A stretch of DNA of 11,727 nt from a virus, in UHGV virus genome UHGV-0322023; one strand, 5' to 3'. A program made the position numbers and the translations under genes. The notes below the pieces were generated by a model. The model saw only the letters and a list, made by a program, of their open reading frames with translations, had not been told where the DNA came from and ran no database searches. This document shows, in pieces, positions 1 to 6,914 of the stretch. How positions within the stretch are numbered: the stretch's first letter is position 1; every line of letters begins with the position of its first letter.

Positions 1-629
1 CTGCGCTGCAGTATCGCGATGATGTGATCCGTAATGCCCGGCTTGAATGGGGACTGTCTGCGCCGGTGGCCGATTTCGCCGCGCAACTGCATCAGGAAAG
101 CGGCTGGCGACCTGATGCGGTCTCGCCGGCTGGCGCTCAGGGACTGGCGCAGTTCATGCCCGCCACTGCTGACTGGATAAGTCAGCTGATGCCGGGGCTT
201 AACAGCCGTGAGCCGTTTAATCCGGCATGGGCCATCCGGGCGCTGGTCAGCTATGACCGCTGGCTGTGGCAGCGCGTCAGCGCCGCCAGTGACTGCGAGC
301 GTATGGCCATGACACTGTCGGGCTATAACGGTGGTCTGGGCTGGGTACAACGGGACAGGCGGCTTGCATCACAGAAAGGTCTGGACAGCACCCGCTGGTT
401 CGGACATGTCGCCACGGTGAATGCCGGACGCAATGCGGCCAGCTGGCGGGAGAACCGCCATTATCCGCAGCGCATCCTGCGCGAACTGGCACCGCGATAT
501 CTCACATGGGGAGGCAGCAGTTGTGTGGCATCTGGTGAAAAAGCTGCCGTGGCGCGGCATTCTGCTGGTCATTCTTATCAATGCCTTTCTGGTCGGCCTG
601 TATGCCATGGGATACAGAAGTGGTCATGA
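1..629 (+). CDS. Lytic transglycosylase (SLT domain) phage endolysin, 5'-partial (frame continues upstream of the window; first full codon at 3)
   Basis: Open frame from window edge to TAA/TGA at 627-629 with no upstream stop. Translation carries the classic SLT catalytic motif (..AQLHQESGW...AGAQGLAQFMPATA..), with the catalytic Glu in QES. The track start at 24 is a GTG and probably not the real start. Sits in the lysis position of a Mu-like late operon. Confidence 0.8.
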   Translation, partial: ALQYRDDVIRNARLEWGLSAPVADFAAQLHQESGWRPDAVSPAGAQGLAQFMPATADWISQLMPGLNSREPFNPAWAIRALVSYDRWLWQRVSAASDCERMAMTLSGYNGGLGWVQRDRRLASQKGLDSTRWFGHVATVNAGRNAASWRENRHYPQRILRELAPRYLTWGGSSCVASGEKAAVARHSAGHSYQCLSGRPVCHGIQKWS

Positions 630-1173
630 CTCTGCAAAGCGTGACGGTGATACCGCGCTCAGTCAGTTGCAGTCAGCATTTGACGCGTACAAAACGGAGC
701 AGGCAACGCTTGAGAATGCTGCGCTGCGGGCCTGGGCCAGACGGTATCAGGAGCAGGTGGCTGCCGGGCAGCGGGCTGAAGCCGGTTATCTTGAGCAGAT
801 TGCTCAACTGGAGAGCCGGAATAAACAACTACAGGGGCAAATTAACGATGTCACACAGCGCTGGATTGATGAAAAAGGTAAGAGCCATCCCATTGAGTGC
901 GTGTTTACTCGCGGTTTCGTGCGCCAGTACAACGCCGCACTCGGATATGACAACGCATCCGTCGACAGCGGTCATTCAGACTCAGTTGCCGCCGCTGGCA
1001 CCCGCTCTGGCACAGCGACCGGGCAACCTGAAACCGCTGACGCCCGGTTACGCAATTCGGGTGTCTCCCAGCGTGACGTCCTCGCCAACATCATCGACAA
1101 CGCAGGGCAATGTCGTCGCTGGCGAAACCAGATAAACGCGCTGCTGGATGAACGGGAAGGATTACAGAAATGA
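523..1173 (+). CDS. i-spanin (Rz-like inner-membrane spanin subunit); start uncertain (GTG 523 preferred, GTG 535 or ATG 421 possible)
   Basis: N-terminal basic stretch then one hydrophobic TM helix (KKLPWRGILLVILINAFLVGLYAMGY), followed by a long polar, coiled-coil-like periplasmic region (QLQSAFDAYKTEQATLENAALRAW..LESRNKQLQGQINDV). GGGGAGG at 508-514 lies 8 nt upstream of GTG 523. Contains an embedded lipoprotein ORF in another frame, which is typical of Rz/Rz1. Confidence 0.6.
   Translation: MWHLVKKLPWRGILLVILINAFLVGLYAMGYRSGHDSAKRDGDTALSQLQSAFDAYKTEQATLENAALRAWARRYQEQVAAGQRAEAGYLEQIAQLESRNKQLQGQINDVTQRWIDEKGKSHPIECVFTRGFVRQYNAALGYDNASVDSGHSDSVAAAGTRSGTATGQPETADARLRNSGVSQRDVLANIIDNAGQCRRWRNQINALLDEREGLQK
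869..1135 (+). CDS. o-spanin (Rz1-like outer-membrane lipoprotein), fully embedded in the +1 frame of the i-spanin gene
   Basis: MKKVRAIPLSACLLAVSC: basic n-region, hydrophobic core and lipobox-like LAVS|C (Cys codon at 920-922). The predicted mature part is short and Pro/Ser/Thr-rich (TPHSD..PPLAPALAQRPGNLKPLTPGY..). Alternative start ATG 848. Embedded position matches the lambda Rz/Rz1 architecture. Confidence 0.55.
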   Translation: MKKVRAIPLSACLLAVSCASTTPHSDMTTHPSTAVIQTQLPPLAPALAQRPGNLKPLTPGYAIRVSPSVTSSPTSSTTQGNVVAGETR

Positions 1174-1496
1174 CACTGCAGGTTGAATTCTGGACGGTGG
1201 TGGGCTTTCTCATCACCTTCATGAGCTTTGTTGGCGGTATGGCCAAATGGCTGTTCAGTAAAGCGGAGGAACGTCAGGCTGCACGATTCGCCTCCCTTGA
1301 ACAGGCCCTGCAACAGTCCGCCTCCAACTGGGGCGAGCTGGAAAAAGAATTTATGCGATTTAAAGCGGATTTACCGCTGAATTATGTCCGTCGAGAGGAT
1401 TATATCCGTGGCCAGACAGTCATTGAGGCCAAACTGGACGCGCTTTATAACAAACTGGAAGTGGTACAGCAGTACCGCAATACCGGAGGTCAATAA
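1170..1496 (+). CDS. Small membrane protein with one N-terminal TM helix, unknown function; possible lysis accessory (holin/antiholin/releasin-like)
   Basis: ATG 1170 overlaps the i-spanin stop (ATGA); GGGAAGG at 1154-1160. N-terminal hydrophobic segment (FWTVVGFLITFMSFVGGMAKWLF) followed by a charged, helical soluble domain. Lies immediately after the spanins in the same operon. Confidence 0.55.
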   Translation: MTLQVEFWTVVGFLITFMSFVGGMAKWLFSKAEERQAARFASLEQALQQSASNWGELEKEFMRFKADLPLNYVRREDYIRGQTVIEAKLDALYNKLEVVQQYRNTGGQ

Positions 1497-1807
1497 TGGT
1501 CGATATTACCCGGGTACGCCGCGAATCCCTGCGCTGGAGTCTGCTGGTTGCCCTGAACAAGACCCGCCCTTACACCGCCAGCGAGACGCTGCTGCTGGAT
1601 GTGTCCCGTGCCATCTACCCGGACACCACACCGCTGGAACTGCGCCGCGAACTGGATTATCTGGCTGACCGTAAAATGGTTGAGCTGGAGAAAAAACCTT
1701 CTGGCGACTGGTTTGCTGACCTGACCCGCCTCGGCGTAGACCTGGTGGAATACACCGTGGAATGTGGTCCGGGTATTGCCCGCCCGGAAAAGTACTGGAG
1801 TGAATAA
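1496..1807 (+). CDS. Hypothetical phage protein, 103 aa, no TM segment; conserved-position small gene upstream of the small terminase
   Basis: ATG 1496 overlaps the upstream stop (TAATG); GGAGG at 1485-1489 is 6 nt upstream. Compact soluble protein; its stop overlaps the next start (TAATG at 1805-1809). Confidence 0.55.
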   Translation: MVDITRVRRESLRWSLLVALNKTRPYTASETLLLDVSRAIYPDTTPLELRRELDYLADRKMVELEKKPSGDWFADLTRLGVDLVEYTVECGPGIARPEKYWSE

Positions 1808-2352
1808 TGGCCAGACGCAGCACAATAGAAAAGCTGCCGGAAGACGTGCGCCGCTGGCTTGAACGGGCGCTGACTGAATCCGGCTTCAGCGGGTATAACG
1901 AGCTGGAGTCACTGTTGCGTGAGCGGGGGTACGTCATCAGCAAATCCGCTATCCATCGCTATGGACAGAAGATTGAGCGCCGCTATGGTGCTATCCGTGC
2001 GGCAACAGAAGCGGCCCGCATGCTGACCGAAGGCGCAGCAGACGATCAGGATGCGCGTTCGGAGGCTGTGATAGCCCTTATTCAGACCGAGCTGTTCGAG
2101 AGTATTGTCCAGTTGCAGGAGGCGGAAGAAGGCGAAGTCGATCCTAAAGAACGCGTGGCCCTGCTGTCGAAGGTGGCGAAGAATGTGGCTACGCTGTCCC
2201 GCGCGTCCGTCAACCTCAAAAAGTTCCAGTCTGAAGTACGGGCCAGAGCGCAGCAGGCAGCCAGCAACGCCGAGAAAATTGCCCGTAAGGGGGGACTGTC
2301 AAGCGACGCAGTACAGGCGCTTCGTCGCGAGATTCTGGGGATTGCCACATGA
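1807..2352 (+). CDS. Mu gp27-like protein (DUF3486-type), putative terminase small subunit
   Basis: N-terminus MARRSTIEKLPEDVRRWLERAL is typical of Mu gp27/DUF3486 proteins. Immediately upstream of, and coupled to, the large terminase (ATGA overlap at 2349-2352). Confidence 0.7.
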   Translation: MARRSTIEKLPEDVRRWLERALTESGFSGYNELESLLRERGYVISKSAIHRYGQKIERRYGAIRAATEAARMLTEGAADDQDARSEAVIALIQTELFESIVQLQEAEEGEVDPKERVALLSKVAKNVATLSRASVNLKKFQSEVRARAQQAASNAEKIARKGGLSSDAVQALRREILGIAT

Positions 2353-3944
2353 CAAAATCATCCGGAGTGATTTTAAACGCCGCTGGCGGCGGCCCCGAAG
2401 GGATGAGTCCCATGGACGGGAGGAATAACCTTGCTCCCGTTTTGCCTGATACCTCGGCGCTGGATGCCCCTCCCGTTCTGTTGCCTTACCAGCAGCGCTG
2501 GGTGGCAGACACCTCTCCGCTTAAGGTGATAGAAAAGAGCCGTCGTACCGGTATTACATGGGCTGAGGCATCCGATAACGTACTGACCGCCGCCTCTTCT
2601 GCGCCAGCAGGCGGGATGAATGTGTATTACATCGCTTATAACCAGGACATGACCGTCGAATACATTCAGGCGTGTGCGATGTGGGCACGGGCATTCAACT
2701 ATGCGGCCAGTGAAATTGAAGAAGGATTCTGGGAAGAGGACGACGACGACAAACACATCAAGACTTACACCATCAAATTTCCTGACTCCGGCTTTCGTAT
2801 TGTTGCGCTCTCCAGCCGCCCGTCTAACCTGCGTGGCCGTCAGGGTATTATTGTTATCGACGAAGCGGCGTTCCATGAGCAACTGGACGAACTGCTGAAA
2901 GCGGCGCTGGCGATGCTTATCTGGGGGGGAAAGGTACGCGTTATCTCCACCCATGACGGTGACGACAATCCGTTCAATACGCTTATCGGGGATATCCGTG
3001 CCGGACGTCAGGGAGGCAGCATACATCGCATCACTTTCCGGGAAGCCGTATCTGAGGGGCTGTTCCGGCGCGTCTGTCTGCGCACCGGGAAGGAATGGTC
3101 GGAGGCATCCGAGCAGGCCTGGATGGCATCGGTGTACAAATTCTACGGTGCCGGCGCATCCGAAGAGCTTGACTGTATTCCGGCCAACGGTGGCGGTGCC
3201 TGGCTGTCCCGTGCCCTGATAGAGTCCCGCATGTCCGCTGATACGCCGGTATTGCGTCTGACCTGCAAGGAAGGTTATGAACTGCTGTCTGATGAGGTTC
3301 GCTTCCGCGAGACGCAGGACTGGCTTGATGAGTATCTGAAACCATTGCTGGAGGCACTCCCCACTGATGCCCGCTCTTTCCTGGGGCGCGACTTTGGCCG
3401 TAGCGGTGATTTGTCGGTGGACTATCCCCTGCTGCAGGAGAAGAACCTGGTACGACGCGTGCCATTCGTACTGGAGCTGCGTAACGTGCCGTTCAGACAG
3501 CAGGAGCAAATCACCTGGTATCTGATGGATGGCCTGCCCGGTCTGCTGGGTGCAGCGTTTGATGCCCGTGGTAATGGTGCCTATCTGGCTGAATACGCCA
3601 TGCAGCGCTACGGCTCCGGCCGGGTTCAGCAGGTGATGCCAACCGAAGGCTGGTACCGGGAGCATATGCCTCCGGTCAAAGCTGCACTGGAAGACGGCAA
3701 CCTGGTGGACTTACCAAAGGATGAAGACACACTGGATGACCTGCGGGCCGTTCAGGTGGTGAACGGTGTCCCCCGCGTACCGGAGCAACGCTCAAAAGCA
3801 AAGGCTGACGGTGGTAAACGCCACGGGGATTCAGCCATCGCACTGGCGCTGGCGTATTTCGCCAGCCGTGAAATTAACAAAGGGCCGGTGAAGGCAAGCT
3901 CACGCCGTCGTCGTCAGGCGGCCCGTATGCTGGAGGGATTCTGA
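2349..3944 (+). CDS. Terminase large subunit (Mu gp28-like)
   Basis: 531-aa ORF with a deviant Walker A-like segment (KSRRTGITWAEA) and a Walker B-like hydrophobic run ending in DE (GIIVIDEAAF), plus an acidic C-terminal nuclease-like region. Sits between the gp27-like and portal genes. Start overlaps the upstream stop. Confidence 0.9.
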   Translation: MTKSSGVILNAAGGGPEGMSPMDGRNNLAPVLPDTSALDAPPVLLPYQQRWVADTSPLKVIEKSRRTGITWAEASDNVLTAASSAPAGGMNVYYIAYNQDMTVEYIQACAMWARAFNYAASEIEEGFWEEDDDDKHIKTYTIKFPDSGFRIVALSSRPSNLRGRQGIIVIDEAAFHEQLDELLKAALAMLIWGGKVRVISTHDGDDNPFNTLIGDIRAGRQGGSIHRITFREAVSEGLFRRVCLRTGKEWSEASEQAWMASVYKFYGAGASEELDCIPANGGGAWLSRALIESRMSADTPVLRLTCKEGYELLSDEVRFRETQDWLDEYLKPLLEALPTDARSFLGRDFGRSGDLSVDYPLLQEKNLVRRVPFVLELRNVPFRQQEQITWYLMDGLPGLLGAAFDARGNGAYLAEYAMQRYGSGRVQQVMPTEGWYREHMPPVKAALEDGNLVDLPKDEDTLDDLRAVQVVNGVPRVPEQRSKAKADGGKRHGDSAIALALAYFASREINKGPVKASSRRRRQAARMLEGF

Positions 3945-5437
3945 TGGCGAGGGGTATCTGGGTTTCACCCGATGAATTTGTTGCTTTTTCTGAGCCTCAG
4001 AAATCACTGACCGCGCAGATTGCCTCCCGCAGCCGCGCGATCGACTTTTACGGACTGGGCATGTATCTGCCCAATCCTGATCCCATTCTCAAGGCTCAGG
4101 GACGGGATATCCGTATCTACCGCGAACTGCGCACCGACCCGCTGGTCGGGGGCTGTATCCGCAGACGTAAAGCAGCGCTCAAATCGCTGGAGCGTGGACT
4201 GGAGCGCGGTCACGCTTCTGCCCGGGTCTTCCGTTTCATCCGCGACATGCTCGACGATCTGGATCTGTCCCGCATCATCGGTGAGATGAGCGATGCCGTG
4301 CTCTACGGGTATCAGCCCTGTGAAATCATGTGGGGCCGTTCGGTCAGGGCGTGGGCGGTGACGGATATTGTCGGCAAACCGCCTGAGTGGTTTCAGTTTG
4401 ATACGGACAACTGCCTGCGCTTCCGGGCGCGTGATGCGGGTGTGGAGGGTGAGCTGCTGTCACCGTCAAAATTCGTGGTGCCGGCACAGGATGCCTCGTA
4501 TGACAATCCTTACGGTTTCCCGGACCTGTCCATGTGCTTCTGGCCGGTCGCCTTCAAGAAAGGCGGGATGAAATTCTGGCTCCGCTTTGCCGAAAAGTTT
4601 GGCTCCCCGTGGGTGATCGGTAAGCACCCGAGGGGTGCAAATGATGCAGAGATTGAAAAACTGCTGGACTCCATGGAGCAGATGGTGGAGGACGCGGTGG
4701 CCGCCATCCCCGATGACAGCAGTATCGAACTCAAAGCAGCGGATGGCAAGGCGGACAGCAGCGAGGTATTCCGCGAGCTGATCACACTGTCACGCAGTGA
4801 GATCTCCATTGCATTACTCGGTCAGAATCAGACCACGGAAGCGAACAGTAACAAGGCCTCTGCACAGGCCGGGCTGGAGGTAACGGCTGATATCCGCGAT
4901 GCGGATGCGGACATCATTCAGGCGGCAGTGAATCAGGTCATCAGAACGGTGGTCACCCTGAACTTCGGCGATGTGCCGTGTCCGGTCTGGGCCATGTGGG
5001 AACAGGAGGCCATTGATGACACCCGTGCCACCCGCGACGAAAAACTCACCCGGGCGGGTCTGCGTCTGACCCCGCAGTACTTCATGCGGGAGTACCAGCT
5101 GCAGGAGGGGGATATTGACCTCTCTGATGCACCGGTTGCGGACGGGGCAGTGCCTGCGGAGTTTGCCGAGGCGATAAGCGCCGATCATGATGCACAACAG
5201 CAGCTTGACGACGCGCTGGACATTCTGATGAACGGAGGTGTGTTAAATGGCACGCTGGAACCCGTCCTGGCACCTCTGTTTAAGCGGGTCGAAAACGGGG
5301 TTAACCCGACTGAGCTGCTGGGCGAACTGGCGGAGCTCTACCCTCAGATGAACACGGACGATCTGCAGGAACGGCTGGCCCGCATTCTCTTTGTGGCAAA
5401 TATCTGGGGACGTCTGCATGAGCGTGACAACGGCTGA
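3944..5437 (+). CDS. Portal protein (Mu gp29-like, DUF935 family)
   Basis: 497-aa ORF directly after the terminase (TGATG overlap), with GGAGGG at 3932-3937. Size and position are typical of Mu-like portal proteins. Confidence 0.85.
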   Translation: MARGIWVSPDEFVAFSEPQKSLTAQIASRSRAIDFYGLGMYLPNPDPILKAQGRDIRIYRELRTDPLVGGCIRRRKAALKSLERGLERGHASARVFRFIRDMLDDLDLSRIIGEMSDAVLYGYQPCEIMWGRSVRAWAVTDIVGKPPEWFQFDTDNCLRFRARDAGVEGELLSPSKFVVPAQDASYDNPYGFPDLSMCFWPVAFKKGGMKFWLRFAEKFGSPWVIGKHPRGANDAEIEKLLDSMEQMVEDAVAAIPDDSSIELKAADGKADSSEVFRELITLSRSEISIALLGQNQTTEANSNKASAQAGLEVTADIRDADADIIQAAVNQVIRTVVTLNFGDVPCPVWAMWEQEAIDDTRATRDEKLTRAGLRLTPQYFMREYQLQEGDIDLSDAPVADGAVPAEFAEAISADHDAQQQLDDALDILMNGGVLNGTLEPVLAPLFKRVENGVNPTELLGELAELYPQMNTDDLQERLARILFVANIWGRLHERDNG

Positions 5438-6239
5438 ACTGGCGTACTGCATGACGCTTCCCCCGAAGCGGGCAGTCAGTTACCTGAAGTCCAAAGGGTA
5501 TCAGATTACCTGGGACTGGGAAGAAATGTGGCAGGAGGCCCATGCCCGCGCCTTTACCGTTGCTAAAGTGACCCGCCTGGATATCCTGGAAGATATTCGC
5601 GGGGCACTGCAGCAGGCTGTCGATGAAGGAAAAACCGATCGCTGGTTCCGGCAGGAGCTGGAGCCGGCGCTGAAGCGCAAGGGATGGTGGGGACCGCGTG
5701 ACACGACTGACCCGGTAACGGGTGAACCGGTCACCATTCAGCAGGGCAGTCCGTGGCGGCTCGATACCATCTTTCGCACCAATATGTCCGTACTCTACAG
5801 CGCCGGTCGTTGGGCGGAGCAGATGGAAAACGTCGACGACAGGCCGTACTGGATGTATACCGGCATCAACGACAGCCATACCCGCAGGAGCCATCTGGCG
5901 CTGCATGGTCTGGTGCTGCGCTGGGATGACCCGTTCTGGCAGGCATTTTACCCGCCGAACGGCTGGCGCTGCCGCTGTAGTGTGATTGCCCTGAGTGCGG
6001 CGGATGTACGTGCCCGTGGCCTGAAGGTTATCAGCTCCGGCTCTGCCATGGGCCAGGAACTGAAACTGGTCTCAGAGAAAACCGGCGAAATGCGGAACGT
6101 GGCTACCTTTAATACCGGCACCACGAAGGTGGCCACCGACGTCGGCTGGTCTTATGCACCGGGGGCAGCATACCGTCCCGACCTTTCCCGCTATCAGGGT
6201 ACGCTTCAGCCACTGGCACAACAGGAACTGAGAGGATAA
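5418..6239 (+). CDS. Head morphogenesis protein (Mu F / gp30-like, SPP1 gp7 family)
   Basis: Contains the conserved family motif region (..RRSHLALHGLVLRWDDPFWQAFYPPNGWRCRCS..). First ATG is 5418, preceded by GGGGA; the track start at 5391 is a TTG. Overlaps the portal 3' end by 20 nt. Confidence 0.85.
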   Translation: MSVTTAELAYCMTLPPKRAVSYLKSKGYQITWDWEEMWQEAHARAFTVAKVTRLDILEDIRGALQQAVDEGKTDRWFRQELEPALKRKGWWGPRDTTDPVTGEPVTIQQGSPWRLDTIFRTNMSVLYSAGRWAEQMENVDDRPYWMYTGINDSHTRRSHLALHGLVLRWDDPFWQAFYPPNGWRCRCSVIALSAADVRARGLKVISSGSAMGQELKLVSEKTGEMRNVATFNTGTTKVATDVGWSYAPGAAYRPDLSRYQGTLQPLAQQELRG

Positions 6240-6241
6240 CA

Positions 6242-6700
6242 ATGGCTTCCGATAACCTGGTCAGTATCACCATTAACGATAAATCCCTGCGCCGGAGCCT
6301 CCGTGCGCTGGACCTGGCTGCCACAGACCTGGAACCCGCGATGCGCAAAATCGCCGGAACCCTGCTGGCGGAAACACAGTTTAACTTTCTTGATGAGGGG
6401 CGTCCGGGGTGGATCCCCTCGCTGGCAGCGGAAGAACGTGACGGGCAGACACTGCAGGATACCGGGCGTCTGATGGGGTCAGTATCAACCGACCATGACG
6501 ACCGGCAGGCTGTTGTGGGGACCAACGTTGTTTACGGTGCCATTCACCAGTTCGGGGGTAAAACGGGGCGTAATGAGTCTGTTGAACTTCCGGCCCGCCC
6601 GTTCCTGCCGGTGACAGGGGATGGAGAACTACAGCCTGAAGTGGTAATCCCCATCCTCGATACCATTGTCCGCCATCTTGAATCAGCGGCCCGTCGCTGA
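6242..6700 (+). CDS. Virion morphogenesis protein (Mu G-like / Phage_tail_S family)
   Basis: 152-aa ORF starting 3 nt after the F-like stop, with AGAGGA 6 nt upstream. Position after the F-like gene and its size match Mu G. Confidence 0.7.
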   Translation: MASDNLVSITINDKSLRRSLRALDLAATDLEPAMRKIAGTLLAETQFNFLDEGRPGWIPSLAAEERDGQTLQDTGRLMGSVSTDHDDRQAVVGTNVVYGAIHQFGGKTGRNESVELPARPFLPVTGDGELQPEVVIPILDTIVRHLESAARR

Positions 6701-6914
6701 GGTTTCTCCCTTCAGGCGGGTGATTTATCATTGCCAGCGGATGAGGGGCTGTATTACCTTTATAAAGGCTTTACAGCCTCTGTTTTATAACCGCCTCCGG
6801 TTCACCGCATTGCTTTCCCTGTCCTTCTCTCCTGATGTTTTCTAAAGCAGATTAAAATCGCCGGGCCTGCATTTCTCACAAACTGTCTCCGACAACATAA
6901 CGCGGGACAGCAAA
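6701..6914 (+). promoter_or_regulatory. AT-rich noncoding island upstream of the protease/scaffold gene; candidate activator-dependent late promoter with an imperfect inverted repeat
   Basis: The only sizeable noncoding gap in the window. Contains the 8-bp palindrome TTTATAAA (6759-6766), a small hairpin AGGCT-TTAC-AGCCT (6766-6779), TTTTATAA (6783-6790) and a -10-like TAAAAT (6853-6858) about 55 nt upstream of ATG 6915. In Mu, a C-activated late promoter (P_I) sits upstream of gene I. Confidence 0.4.

Noticed and set aside
848-868. Alternative o-spanin start at ATG 848 and alternative lipobox LSA|C
   Set aside because: Starting at 869 gives a conventional signal peptide (basic n-region, hydrophobic core, Cys at position 18). 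Using LSA|C would leave almost no hydrophobic core. Kept as an alternative only.
421-1173. Track start ATG 421 for the spanin ORF (250 aa)
   Set aside because: Starting at 421 adds ~34 residues (MPDAMRPAGGRTAIIRSASCANWHRDISHGEAAV) ahead of the TM helix, with no SD, deep inside the endolysin gene. GTG 523 has GGGGAGG 8 nt upstream and gives a typical short basic N-terminus followed by the TM helix.
2105-2428. 107-aa Arg-rich + strand ORF inside the gp27-like gene (alternate frame)
   Set aside because: Extremely Arg/Cys/Trp-rich, no RBS, and lies entirely within a well-supported gene; typical off-frame artefact of GC-rich sequence.
2737-2752. Short GAC repeat (gacgacgacgac) encoding EDDDDK in the large terminase
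   Set aside because: Too short to be a meaningful tandem repeat or slippage tract; simply an acidic patch in the protein.
2373-3665. 430-aa minus-strand ORF antisense to the large terminase
   Set aside because: The + strand product carries recognisable terminase motifs (Walker A-like KSRRTGIT, Walker B-like IIVIDEAAF) and fits the operon. The minus-strand ORF is the kind of long stop-free antisense frame expected in GC-rich coding DNA, and its product is Arg/Pro/Gly-rich with no recognisable features.
5391-5417. TTG start at 5391 for the F-like gene
   Set aside because: The first ATG (5418) has a GGGGA SD-like sequence about 7 nt upstream and reduces the overlap with the portal gene from 47 to 20 nt. 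The TTG start is not excluded but is less likely.
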